64,000 nucleotides of DNA from Azolla caroliniana (Eukaryota; Plantae; Polypodiophyta): assembly GCA_043228905.1 (NCBI GenBank), contig JBHGNT010000012.1, forward strand, positions 10,974,001 to 11,038,000. Direction: 5' to 3'. Below the pieces are notes generated by a model, which was not told the DNA's origin, did no database searches, and worked only from the letters and a program-made list of their open reading frames with translations. Both the position numbers and the translations under genes were made by a program. Shown one piece after another: positions 26,380 through 39,410 of the stretch (the stretch's first letter is position 1; every line of letters starts with the position of its first letter).

Positions 26380-27272
26380 AGCGTCTGACGCGGCGAAAGA
26401 GGCCTTATGGCTCCGTCGGTTAGCTTGCATGTTTCAACAAATCAACTTCGACTCGGCTCCAGTTGTCTATAGCGACACTCAAGGTGTTGTCGCTCTGTCG
26501 AAAAATCCAGTTCAACACAATGCCTCGAAGCATGTACACGTGAGATAGCACTTTATTCGGGACTGCGTCATTTCAATGGAAATCGGCCTCGAGAAAATAT
26601 CCACAACCGATAATGTCGTAGATAGGATAACCAAGTGTCTTCCGGCGGATCGATTCCGATCCCTTCGGTACCAGATGGGCCTAACGAAGAATCATTTCAA
26701 TTGAGTTGGACATTCAGGATGGTTTCGGACTATCAGCATCGATAGTTTGAGGCTCAACGTTAGCTCTTCCAACCCCAACCGACTCGAGTTTTTGTTCTCA
26801 GATTTTGCCAACTCAAACAAAGTCGACTTGTTCGACAACCTTGTATAAATCTGTATTTCTTGCTCATTTCTTTTATCACAGATTTTTTGTTGTATACGCC
26901 CATTATGGGGGAGTGTCAAATACGAGTCTCTAATGGACGTATTCGCATTGTCCCATTGGACACACTAGGTTTAGGTTATTTCTGTAAATAGTGGAAAGGG
27001 TAGTTGCCCTAAGTCAGTTAGTATTGAAACTGACTCTTGTAACCTAGTGTTGTGGTTGTTCATTTTGTACATTGTGCAGTTGTAACTCTCTGCGAATAAT
27101 ACAATTACATCTTGCTTGTGCCTACTCTGTTATCTCTCTTCCCTTGTTTCCATTGTTGATCTTGTCTTCTGTTCCAGTTGTTTATTATTATCAATCTATT
27201 TCTTTGTACTTGCTAAAGATCTTCCACTCAAAGAGTTTTGAGATTGTTCTACACCTGATGACCACTTACAAC
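26380..27272 (+). mobile_element. Copia RNase H remnant, PPT (ATGGGGGAG) and probable LTR from ~26914
   Basis: KEALWLRRL...SKNPVQHNASKHVHVR*HFIRD. Confidence 0.7.
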
Positions 27273-28191
27273 ACCTTCATCCCAAAATGGGGTTGACTCA
27301 TTAATCATTTGCCCTACTAATTTCAGACACCCTACTCATTAATCAAACACCATACTCATTAATTAGACGCCCTACTCGCATGAAGACACATGTGGAGTAG
27401 TCAGTCACCCCACTCACTAATTTCATACGCCCTACTCATTAATCAAACCCTCTTTTCACAAGAAACCATATGGTCAAGTTGCACACTAGCCGCTCCTCAT
27501 TTGGGGCGCTATCACAAAATGTGTACTCTAAGAGCACATATGGGGATAGATTTACAATTTGGGGTTGATCTTTGATTATATCTAACACGCCCCCTCAATA
27601 GTCAACCCATTGAGTTCACTTGGAATTGGGCCAACTCCTAGTCGTCGAAGGTGTTGTTGTAGTTGTTCTGCTCCAAGCGCCTTTGTGAAGATATCCGCAA
27701 CATTTTCTGATGTCGGACAATACTCAAGTTCCATCGTCTAATCGTTTATTAGCTCCCGCACATAGTGATACTGAATCTCTAAGTGTTTAGTACGTGAATG
27801 AAATACGGGGTTCTTGGCAATGGCCATGCACCTCTGATTGTCACACCTCAATATCGTTGCCATGCTTATTGGAACCGTTGTCGTGAAGATTTTCGGCAAT
27901 GGTGTGAAAATCACATAAGACGTACGAAATCAAGTGTCAATCATATAAAACAATAATAGTGAATATACTAATTCTAAGTAAGTTTAATATCTTAGTGCTA
28001 AAAATGAAGATCTTGAAGAAATGCACTTTATTACAGGAGAAACAGACAACTAGATGTCAAGATATGAGGGTATAAAGTGTGTGAAAGGAAAAGAGAAAAA
28101 TTGTGAGATATCCCACATAGGCACGACAAATACGGCTCTCATCATATATAAGGTAGAGCAAAAGTTATTATCTTTGTGTCTATGTGTGGAG

Positions 28192-31100
28192 TGTTGGGAT
28201 TACGGTCCCTTCGGATGGGATGGTCGGATGTCGGAGATGAATGCCGACGAGCCCGGTTTTCGGTTTCGGAACCGGATGATGAAGACCCCGGCTTCGGAGC
28301 CGGATGACGAATGTACCCGGAGAGAGATCCGGATGCAGGGACATATCCGTGAATATGTTTGCTAAGGGCCCCTGAGGCTATAGTTGTAAATAGCCCCAAA
28401 GTCATATATGTATAAATATGACTTAGGGCAAACAGTTTTGTTGTTGCTCATTATTTTTCTGTTTTTCCACTTAAGAGGAGTGAAGAGAGAGAGCAGCCAT
28501 GGAGAGATAGAGCGTGAGAGAGGAAGAGGTCGACGCCTCTGTGTATTTCCGCCGCCTGTGGCGAGGACAGCGAGCTCAAGGTCGTCGCCTTGCAGCTCGT
28601 CATTGTATACTTCTCTGTGTATAGTGTTGGTTTGGAGTCTTGTACTCCCGTGGTTTTTCCCGTACAGGGTTTTCCACGTTAATCCCTATGTATTCGTGTT
28701 TCTCTCTCTGTGGTTCCTATTTTCTGCTGCATCGATTCGCGCTTACTTGGTTGTGGCCGAGTGAAGAAGGTTAATCGAAGAGTTGATTCCTTACAAACTG
28801 GTATCAGAGCGAGCTGCTGCAGAAAATGGAAGGCGGCGGCAGCGGGCAGCCGGGGATGATGGTGCTGAATGCGCAGAATTACGCCGACTGGAAGATCAAG
28901 ATGGAGGATCTTCTGATTGTTCGGGACCTGTACGAACCGATTGACAGGTCGGAAATACCGAAGGGAGTACTTGAGTCGGAGTGGAAGCTCCTGAACCGGA
29001 AAGCCGTAGCGACGATCCGACAATATGTCGATGTAAGCGTCCTACAACATGTGGCGAACGACACCAACGCATATGAGATGTGGAAGAAGCTGTCGGGCCT
29101 CTACGAGAGGAAGAATGCGTTGAACTGGACCTCCCTGATGAGGAAGATAGTGAATCTCAAGTACCGGGACGGCGAGAGTATGGTGGAACACGTAAGCACG
29201 TTCATGGGATTCGTGAATCAGCTTGCGGCGATCAAGTTCCCGCTGGAGGATGCAATGCAAGCCATCATTCTGATGTGTACATTGCCGGAAAGCTGGGAGA
29301 ACTTGGTGGTGACTCTCAGCACCTCCTGCACCGAAGATAACTTGTCCCTACAAACGGTAAAGACAAGTATTTTGAACGAAGAAGCGCGTCGGAGAGATAA
29401 AGAACCGGCCTCCGACTCGAAGGCGCTGCTTACCGAATCGGAACGGGGAAGACAATGGAACCGGAGTCCGCAAAGAGGAAGGCCCACATGCTTCCACTGT
29501 GGGAAGCCGGGGCACTTCCGAAAGAATTGTCGGCATTACCGAAAAGACAACGGAGCCGACGACACCGATTCGAAGAAGTCACCGGAGAGAAACGGCGCAT
29601 ACCGGGGAGCCACGGACCGGAGAGGTTCGGATCGGCGAGGGCAGGACCGGAAAGGAACGACGGCACTCGCGGCAAGTGAGGAAGAAATCATGCTCATCAC
29701 CGAAGAAGGTGAACTGAACATTGCCGGCGATGAGACTACCTGGGTGGTCGATTCCGGAGCGTCGTTCCACCTGACCCCGGAGAGAAGATACTTCTCATCC
29801 TACACAGTCGGTGAGCATGGCTGTGTTCGGATGGGAAATGAAGGTACGTGCCGGATTGCCGGCGTAGGAGACGTGTGGTTGACAACCCCGACCGGATGCA
29901 AAATGCTGTTGAAGGATGTCTGACACGTTCCGGAGGTTTGGTTGAACCTGATTTCGGCCGGGAGGCTAGACGATGAAGGCTACACAGGTAGCATCCGGAA
30001 CGGCGTAATGAAGTTCAGCAAGGGGAGCCTGATAGTGGCTCGGGCCCGGAAAGTCAACACACTGTACCTGATGAATGCCCGGTTATGTCCGGAAGAGCTG
30101 AATGTGGCAGTCGACACTGCCGGTGAGCTGTGGCACAAAAGACTGTGCCACATGAGTGAGAAGGGGATGAAGAGGCTTGCAGAAGACAACCTCATTCCAG
30201 TGAAGCATGTGCACCTGGAGAAGTGCACCGATTGCCTGGCCGGTAAGCAGAACCGAACCTCCTTCCATTCAAGGCCACCGACGAGACGTAGCGCACCATT
30301 GGAGTTGGTGCACACTGATGTGTGTCAGGTAGAAACGAAGTCACATGGCGGAGCCCAGTACTTCGTAACATTCATTGATGATCACAACCGGAAGCTGTGG
30401 TCGGCACCATTGAAGACAAAGGACCAAGTGTTGTGCGTCTTCAAAGAACTCCACGCGAGAGTGGAAAGGGAATCCGGCAAGAAGCTGAAAGCGATACGAG
30501 CGGATAACGGAGGGGAATACCGGGGGCAGTTCGCGGAGTACTGTCGCTCGAAGGGAATCCGGCTCGAGTTTACTGTGCCGAAGACGCCGGAACTGAACGG
30601 GCTGGCCGAGAGGATGAACCGGACCATAATGGAGAGGGTCCGGAGTATGCTGGCGCATGCGAAATTACCCAAGGGGTTTTGGGCTGAGGCAATGTCGACG
30701 GCGACATACGTGATAAACAGATCACCCTCAGTACCTTTGGACGGAGACATGCCGCAGAAAGTGTGGACCGGTAAGGAAGTGTCCTACCGGCATCTGAAGG
30801 TGTTCGGGTGTCTCGCATACGTGCATGTGGCAAAGGACCGGAGAGGAAAGCTAGATCCAAAGACCCGGCCATGCATATTCCTCGGTTACGGCGACGATGA
30901 GTTCGGCTACCGAGTATGGGACCCGGTCGACAAGAAGATATTCAGGAGTCGAGACATCATCTTCATGGAGGACAAGACACTCGCCGACTGGGAGTCGGAG
31001 AAGAAGGTGAAGAGCTCCAAGTCGACCGGTGAGGATCAACTCTACGAGGAGCAGTCCCGACCGGCAAGGGACCGGTTAGCACTCGAGGATCCGGCCGAAG

Positions 31101-33480
31101 GCGGTGAAGAAACAGAACCGGCCGAAGAAGATGAAAATGATACCGGAACCGGCCCCGATCCCGAAATGGATTCGGATGAAGAAAAATCGGAAGAACCGGT
31201 TACCGAAGCTCCGGAACGGAGATATCCTCTAAGAGAGAGAAGGGCCCCCCGGATATTTCCGGAACCAGAGCACGTGCTGCTAACCGACGAGGGGGAGCCG
31301 GAGAGCTTTGAAGAAGCAAAGCATGACACCCAGAGCCGCAGGTGGTTGAGTGCCATGCAGGACGAGATGGATTCCCTGCATGAGAACCACACATATGAAC
31401 TTGTGGAGTTGCCGAAAGGAAAGCGGGCACTTCGAAACAAGTGGGTGTTCAAGCTGAAACCGGGAGATGCCGGAAACCCCCCGAGATACAAAGCCAGGAT
31501 CGTGGTGAAGGGGTTTCAGCAGAAGAAGGGCGTCGACTTCGACGAGATATTTGCCCCGGTAGTGAAGATGACCTCCATCCGAACGGTGCTGAGCATAGCG
31601 GCAAGCATGGACCTCGAGGTAGAACAGATGGACGTGAAGACGACATTCCTTCACGGTGACCTCGAAGAAGAGATCTACATGCAGCAACCGGAAGGATTCG
31701 AGAAGAAAGGGAAGGAGCACCTGGTATGCCGGTTGAAGAAGAGCCTTTACGGACTGAAGCAGGCTCCCCGGCAATGGTACCGGAAGTTCGACTCCTTCAT
31801 GACCGACGAAGGGTACCTCAAAACGCAGTCCGACCACTGCGTGTTTGTGAAGAAGTTCGAAGGAGGAGACTTTCTAATACTCCTCCTGTACGTGGACGAC
31901 ATGTTGATCGTCGGACGGGACCAGGTCAAGATACGGATGCTGAAGAAGGCTCTTCACCGAACCTTCTCAATGAAGGACTTGGGTCCGGCGAGGCAAATAC
32001 TAGGGATGCACATCATCCGGGACCGAAAGAAGAAGCAGTTGTGGCTGTCACAGGAGAAGTACGTGACAAAGGTGCTTCAACGGTTCAACATGTCGGAAGC
32101 AAGACCAGTCGGGTCGACTCTCCCGGCAAATTGCAAGCTGTCCAACAAGCAAAGTCCCAAGACAAAGGCTGAAAAGGAGGATATGATGAAAGTGCCGTAT
32201 GCCTCAGCCGTCGGGAGCTTGATGTACGCGATGGTGTGTACCTGACCGGACATCGGATATGCAGTCGGAGTGGTGAGCCGGTACATGAGCAATCCCGGCA
32301 AAGAGCATTGGAACGCGGCCAAGTGGATACTCCGATACCTGAAGGGCACGGCAAACGTGTGCCTCCGATTCGGCTCCGGTAAGCCCGAACTCGACGGCTT
32401 CACCGATTCGGATATGTCGGCTGATGCAGATACCAGCCGGTCCACATCAGGGTATGTGATGACGTATGCAGGGGGAGCCGTTTCGTGGCAGTCGAGGCTG
32501 CAGAAGACGGTTGCGTTGTCAACCACGGAGGCGGAGTACATGGCAGCTGTTGAAGCCGGCAAGGAAATAATATGGATGAAGGACTTCATTAGAGAGCTCG
32601 GGATCCGGCAGGAGGAGTACCGACTCTACTGCGATAGTCAGAGCGCCATCCACCTTGCAAAGAACGCGGCCTACCATTCCCGGACGAAACACATCCAGCG
32701 TAGATACCACTGGATCCGGGAAAGGATAGAAGACAAGGAGTTCGTGCTGACGAAGATCCACACGGACGAGAACGGGTCGGATATGCTGACCAAGGTGCTC
32801 ACACCCGACAAGCTGGAAGCATGCCGGAAGAGGATCGGATTGGAAAGACATCCCATGCCGAAGTGAAGGGGGAGTTTGTTGGGATTACGGTCCCTTCGGA
32901 TGGGATGGTCGGATGTCGGAGATGAATGCCGACGAGCCCGGTTTTCGGTTTCGGAACCGGATGATGAAGACCCCGGCTTCGGAGCCGGATGACGAATGTA
33001 CCCGGAGAGAGATCCGGATGCAGGGACATATCCGTGAATATGTTTGCTAAGGGCCCCTGAGGCTATAGTTGTAAATAGCCCCAAAGTCATATATGTATAA
33101 ATATGACTTAGGGCAAACAGTTTTGTTGTTGCTCATTATTTTTCTGTTTTTCCACTTAAGAGGAGTGAAGAGAGAGAGCAGCCATGGAGAGATAGAGCGT
33201 GAGAGAGGAAGAGGTCGACGCCTCTGTGTATTTCCGCCGCCTGTGGCGAGGACAGCGAGCTCAAGGTCGTCGCCTTGCAGCTCGTCATTGTATACTTCTC
33301 TGTGTATAGTGTTGGTTTGGAGTCTTGTACTCCCGTGGTTTTTCCCGTACAGGGTTTTCCACGTTAATCCCTATGTATTCGTGTTTCTCTCTCTGTGGTT
33401 CCTATTTTCTGCTGCATCGATTCGCGCTTACTTGGTTGTGGCCGAGTGAAGAAGGTTAATCGAAGAGTTGATTCCTTACA
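28192..33480 (+). mobile_element. Full-length Tnt1/Tork-like Copia; apparently identical 604-bp LTRs (28192-28795, 32877-33480); single-frame gag-pol 28826-32866 with two TGA stops
   Basis: PBS-Met 28799-28810; PPT GAAGGGGGAG; CFHCGKPGH, WVVDSGAS, YVDD and TKHIQRRYH motifs. Confidence 0.97.
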
Positions 33481-33726
33481 AACTGCATAGAGAGTTCAAG
33501 GTAACTTGAACTAAGAGTGGAGGTGGCCTAACTACTCATAAAGGTTTTGGCCAACCAAAACCAGACCGAAGATGGAGCCGGTGATCCGGCAGCCAGCAAA
33601 GCGACGGTGGCACACCGGCAACCGGTGATCCACTGGAACCGACATCCGACGGAGCCGGCGAGCCGGTGGCATCCAGCGCCGGCGACTAGATAAATAAATA
33701 TATAAATATATATACATATACAAGGA

Positions 33727-33797
33727 GGGCAAGTAAGGATTTGAACCTTGTACCTCCAAGTTAGGAGTCAATTGGCTTACCACTAAGCCAAGATACT
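33727..33797 (-). ncRNA. tRNA-like sequence (A and B boxes) inside solo LTR; not a canonical tRNA gene
   Basis: TGGCTTAGTGG (A box), GGTTCAAATCC (B box), D stem GCTT/AAGC, loop CTCCTAA; acceptor stem does not pair. Confidence 0.55.
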
Positions 33798-34245
33798 TAT
33801 TTAAAATTATGTTTCTATCATCGCAATTTTACATGTAAATTCTTATGCATGAGAGCTAAAATGAGTGACATGGTTATCATGCACCACATGTAATACACGA
33901 GCACCAAATGGCAAACATGCATCATATGCATGGGGGCCTCTATAAAAGGATGGATGAAAATGTATTATGGATCCATGTATGAACTAAGAAATTAATGAGA
34001 AGAAAATTCATTGATGATATATCTTGTTTCTTAAATCAAGAGTAAAAATCTTAATCTCAATATCTCTCTTGGCCATATCAATCTTTCTCAATCTAAGTCA
34101 AGCGTTTAATCTTAATCTCTTTCTCTCTTTCTCAATCTATCCTAAATACTTTCTCACTAAGCTTGGTGCGAACTTCGATACTTCCGGTCCAGAACCCCGG
34201 CGGTTCCACCTCGCGATCCGCGCCTAGTGACGGATCTTCACGACA

Positions 34246-34530
34246 CCGTCACATCCATAAGGATTCTTCTTAGCCAAACTACCTCGCATGCCACTATGCA
34301 TGTTGCTTTGTATTCTGCCTCCGTTGAAGATAGTGCCACTATTGGATGTTTTTTACTACTCCATGTAACAACTCCAGATCGTTGCCGTCCTTATTGGAAC
34401 CGTCACATCCATAAGGATTCTTCTTAGCCAAACTACCTCACATGCTGCTATGCATGTTGCTTGGTATTCTGCCTCCATTGAATATAGTGCCACTATTGGT
34501 TGTTTTTCACTACTCCATGAAACAACTCCA
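34246..34530 (-). repeat. ~154-bp tandem duplication in Copia RNase H
   Basis: 34246 onward repeats at 34400 onward. Confidence 0.85.
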
Positions 34531-36959
34531 GAGCCTATTGAAAAACGATATCCAAAAACTGATTTTTTGGAATCACTATCTCCAGCCCAGTCGGAGTCGC
34601 AATATCCACTAAGTTCATTAATTGTTGTCTTGTAGAAGATTCTGTAATTTAAAGTACCCACAGTGTACTTTAATACACGTACTGCAACTTTCCAATGAGA
34701 CTTCTTCGGCTTGTTGCTGAATCGACTCACCAAACCAACTACAAAATAAATAGTCGGCCTAGTGTTGCATAAGAAAATTAGACTTCCTACTAGTTGTCTA
34801 TACTTCCGTATGTCAACCATTGGTGACGGGTCTTCTTGGGATAGCTTGCAGTTTGACTCCATTGGAGTCGACTTCGACTTGTTGTCCATCATCCCAAAGG
34901 TCTTCAAGGTCTCTGTTGCGTATTTCCTTTGTGACATGAAGATGCCAACCGAGGTTTGCCAAACCTCAATTCCAAGGACGTAGTGTAAAATCCCCAAGTC
35001 TGCATTTCAAACTCAATTTTCAAACACTCTTGTGTTTGGCCAATACACTCTTCATGGTCACCAGTAAGTACTAGATCATCCACGTAAATGATGATGATGA
35101 CTTGTTTCCCATCCTTCATTTGGACATACATACTTGCATCCGAAGAATATTGCTTAACGTCGATTGATTGTAAGAAGCTGTCTATCCTCTTGTTCCAAGC
35201 GCTCGGTGCTTGCTTTAGACCATACAACGCCTTCTTCAGCTTGTAGGCTTTGTTTTCTAAATTCAACATCTCAAACCCTGGTGGTTGTGTCACATACACC
35301 TCCTCCTTGAGATGCCCATTCAGAAATGTCGATTTGACATCCATTTGATAAATCGGCCATCCTCTTGAAGCAACCAACGCTATGACCATTCGAATTTTTG
35401 TCATGCGAGCTATCGGGGCAAATGTTTCTTGTACATCGAACCCTTCAATTTGGGAGTATCCTTGCACTACTAGCCTAGCGTTAAATTTCTCCAAAGAACC
35501 ATCAACTTTATACTTTACTTTCCACACACACTTGGTGCCTATCACCTTCCTTTTGTTGGCCTCTCTACCAACTCCCACGTGTCATTTTTCATTATGTTAT
35601 CGTATTCTGATATCATCGCTTCTTTCCACTTCGGGTCAGCCATGGCTTCCTCCACCGAGGTCAGCTCACTCATTGAGCCTATGATGTCCACCATTAGAGC
35701 CATGGTGACAATGTGGTAAGAGGTTCTCCCTTGCTCCTGTATTCTTCTTGATCTTCATAATCCATCAGTTGATGTTTCAGGAAACTCAACTTTAGGAGTA
35801 CGGTCATTGAAGAGTTGTTGAGCCCACTTAGGTATTTTCTTTACATGTGGCATTGGCATAGGCTGAACTAGCGAGCCATTACCATAAGATGGTTCAACTT
35901 CCTTTTCTGGACAGTGGGTCATGATTCAGGGAATACTTCATCGGTTGATGAGATAACTTGAGAATCGTTGTTCTCAGCTAGTTGTGGTTGTTCCTCATAG
36001 AACACCACATCACGGCTTGTCAATATCTTTCTTGCCTCTAGATCATAGAGTCGATAGGCCTTTGACTCTTCACTATATCCGAGAAAGATACACTTCTTGC
36101 TTTTAGCATCCAACTTCTTTCTGCTCACATTTGGAACATATGCGTAGCACGTACACCCAAAGGTTTCTGAAGTGCAGCACTGAAGGTTTCTTGCCTGAAT
36201 AAGCTTATTGGGGTGTTTTCCCTTGAAGTGCCTTCGTGTAGCTCCGATTGAGGATGTAAACTGTTGTATTCACTACTTCAGCCCAGAATGGGTCGGGTAG
36301 CGCTTGTGCCTTCAACATACACCTAGCCATCTCGACAACTATTTGGTTTCGACGTTCGACACCGCCATTTTTTTGTGGGGTGTAGGCAGTTGTAAGTTGG
36401 CACTTAATTCCATGCTCTTTGCAATACTCAAACAATTCTATTGATAAAAAATTTCCACCTCGATAAGAGCATAACTCCTTCACTAACTTTCCGGACTCCC
36501 GCTCGACAAACTTATGTCATCTTTTGAAGATTTTAAAAGCTTTAGCCTTCTCCCGAAGGAAGTAAACCCACATCTTTCTACTAAAGTCATTGACTACTAG
36601 CATATAGTAGAGAGATCCACCCATTGCAGGAGTCACCATTTTTCTAGAGAGGTCGATGTGTATTAGCTATAGAGGAGTCTTTGTCCGATTTTCACTCTCT
36701 TTTGGAATGGTTGATCTTTGATGCTGGCCCATCATACAAGCATCACAAACATGACTTAAGTCAGATAGGGTTGGTAGCCCAACTACCATATTTGACTTCT
36801 TCATCTCCTTCAACACAACAACATTGAGATGCCCAAATCTCTCATGCCATTGCTTTGTGTTAGTACTTCTGTTGTGGTCAGTAGAAATTGTAAACGCGCT
36901 CATCTCATAGAGATTGTTGTGCCTTACCCCTATTCCTACAACCTTTTGGGAAATTAGTT

Positions 36960-37590
36960 TCTTCGGATGGGACCTGGTGAGAACTGGAAGAGATCCGGAA
37001 ACCGGAGGAGACCCGGCGAGAACCGAAAGAAATCTTACGGCGGCATGGTCAAGCTTACCGACTCCAACTACTTAGTGTGGAAGTCGATGATGAGGGATAT
37101 GCTAGTGGTCAAAGATCTTTGGTTGTCAGTTCAGTTCGGGGACAAGAGATCGAACAATATCGATGCCACAACGTGGGAGGTGATGCACATGAAGACAACG
37201 GCATACATCCGGTGCTTCATCGACATGAGCCTGTACAACAACTTCAATGAAGAGAGCAAGGCTCATGAACTTTGGGAGAAGATCGGCATCATGTTCCAGA
37301 ACAAGAATGCTGTTAATCGGGTTTTGGTATTTCGGAAGTTGGTGAGGTTTCGGTACCAAGACGGCTCCAATATGGCGGAGCACATGAATGCCTTCCAGGG
37401 GCTGATACACCAAGCAACCTCATTGGAAGTACCTCTCGCCGATGAGGTACTTGCTCTACTTCTGCTCGGTTCCCTCCCGGATAGCTTGGAGATGTTAGTT
37501 GTCACGTGAGCAACGCCAGGCCGAAAGGAAAACAACTATCCCTAGCAAGAGTCAAGTCGAGCTTGCTAGATGAGGAAGCGTGTCGGTATA
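36960..37590 (+). mobile_element. Copia gag fragment (family of 46740-52632) fused to an LTR piece
   Basis: ORF 36967-37509 is highly similar to 51744-52118; the 5' part resembles that family's LTR. Confidence 0.8.
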
Positions 37591-38455
37591 CAATGCATCA
37601 ACATTCCTTCTCTTCTAGGCTCGAAGTAGATCAACATTTGGAGGGATTGATATGGTAGGGTGTGAAGGGTCAAAGGTCACCATGGGCTTAGGGTCTCCTC
37701 CTGTGGTTCCCATGATTGTCTCCAACAACTCGTAGGAGTCCAAAATGGAAGACATTTTGAACTTCCATAGAGTCTAGTTGGTTCCATCTAGGTTTCCATG
37801 AGACAATGGAGGTGGACGAATGCATAGTGGAGCAGCTACAACATTCGTGGACAAGGCCATTGATACTCTCTCTATTTCTCTGTGCTGTTAGACAAATACT
37901 ACCCATATATACCTAATTTAGATCAACCTCTCAACTCTGATACCATGTTAGAAATATTGAGAATCAATTAGATAGGTATATGGAGTTACAACCACATAGA
38001 TGGATATATGAAAACAAAACTTCTATTACATATGAGAGTAGCTCACAATGGTAGTTCACCCATGCGCTCACACCTTAGAGCTTAGATGGGATCTGGTCTA
38101 GCTCACTACAAAATTAGTAGGGACTAATGATCAATACACCACTGTGTAAGAGAGTGGATTATATTCTTTGTTTGGTCTGAGTGTAACATTAAATGTGCAT
38201 GTCAGTTGATAGTAGTGGAGATATTCCTTTTCTGTCAACTGACCTGTCATTTAATATGACCCAACTCCCTAGATACAGGCTAGTGCTAGATAGTACTTAC
38301 TTATCTTGAAGTCAATGGCACATACTTCAAGACTAAGTACATTATAACTTTCCCACAAAAATATTCTAGTTGACTTGATTAGCCAATCCTATTACCTATT
38401 TCGCTCTTTCCTAAATCCATTATGTCATACGCATCTACAGTTTCCTATATTAACA
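37590..38455 (-). mobile_element. 5' LTR (37946-38455) with PBS-Met and short internal remnant
   Basis: ACTCTGATACCA at 37934-37945 adjacent to TGTTAG...TTAACA. Confidence 0.7.
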
Positions 38456-38580
38456 CCTTATCGACCCATATGGTCGAGTTGCACACTAGCCGCTCCTCAT
38501 TTGGGGCACTATCACAAAATGTGCACTCTAAGAGCACATATGGGGATAGATTTACAACTTGGGGCTGATCATTGATTATA

Positions 38581-39410
38581 AGTAGACAAAAACAATTTCT
38601 ATTCAATACAATAATGCTTAATACAAACAATGTGCTCACAGAGCGCTTTATATACAAGCCTCTAATAGTAAGCTGACTGAAGTACTGACACAAGTACTAA
38701 ATGTTAGGAATCGACCGGCCACAACTAATTATACGTTCGTATTCATGTGCAGAAACCAAGAACTAGTACACAGACGAAAACGTGAAGACATAGAGACACT
38801 GATATTTTACGTGGAAAACCCGAAATGGGAAAAACCACGGGGTTCCACAAACCCGGAGAAAAACATATCACTATAGTAGAGAGGAAGTACAAATACGGAA
38901 GTCGGAGGCAAGAACCTCGAGTTCTCCTTCATCTGACATACAACTACAGAGTACACTCTCACTCATGGTTACAGAGGCAACTACCTCATTCTAACTTTAC
39001 AATAATGATCAACTACACTTACTAAAGTTTGCCCTAGTGGCTTATAAACAAAAGCAACTTTCTGGTTATTTACAAGTATAACCCACAAGGGCCTTTTAGA
39101 CTATTTACAATTATAGTCCTTCAAAACGTTTTCAGTTTTCAATTTCAATTTCGGCCTCGGCCGAGATACTCACCAACACGGTACTTCTCTTCCCATCTGG
39201 GGGGACATGTTTCCCAACACTAAATGCTCACTTATGGGCTTTGACAATTATCCAACCTATAATATTCCTATTACTAACTTAGGAATATAGGTCCAAACGA
39301 CCATACATCCATTTCAGACTATGGCCTAACGGCCCACAACCGAATCGTCTTCGGGCTTCTAGCTCTTGCCGAGTCGGCTTCGGGCTCCTGTTGAGCTTGT
39401 TCTTTCAACA
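38581..39410 (-). mobile_element. Copia LTR remnant (family of 42530-42870) containing a nested solo LTR
   Basis: Ends TTGAGCTTGTTCTTTCAACA, like 13824 and 42870. Confidence 0.6.
38702..39219 (-). mobile_element. Solo LTR, 518 bp, TSD CTAAA
   Basis: CTAAA|TGTTAG...CCCAACA|CTAAA. Confidence 0.9.

Larger units (their letters stand above)
27879..34245. mobile_element. Solo LTR (~1.08 kb net, probably Gypsy) with 12-bp perfect terminal inverted repeats and 4-bp TSD CCGT, carrying a nested Copia
   Basis: TGTCGTGAAGAT...ATCTTCACGACA; the host sequence GGAACCGTCACATCC is restored on removal. Confidence 0.82.
27280..36960 (-). mobile_element. Degenerate Copia (GAG-pre-integrase, IN, RT, RNase H; 3' LTR ending 27587), interrupted at 27879-34245
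   Basis: WHERFGHLN, FWAEVVNT, MDVKSTFLNG, IYVDD, CDSDWAG; PPT 27588-27598; RNase H is continuous across the insertion. Confidence 0.88.

Noticed and set aside
28408-28764. 118-aa ORF duplicated at 33093-33449
   Set aside because: Lies within the identical LTRs; no recognisable domain
29921-32245. TGA stops as programmed readthrough or U-to-C editing sites
   Set aside because: They fall mid-domain at Arg positions; the related copy has CGA at the equivalent sites; CpG decay is sufficient
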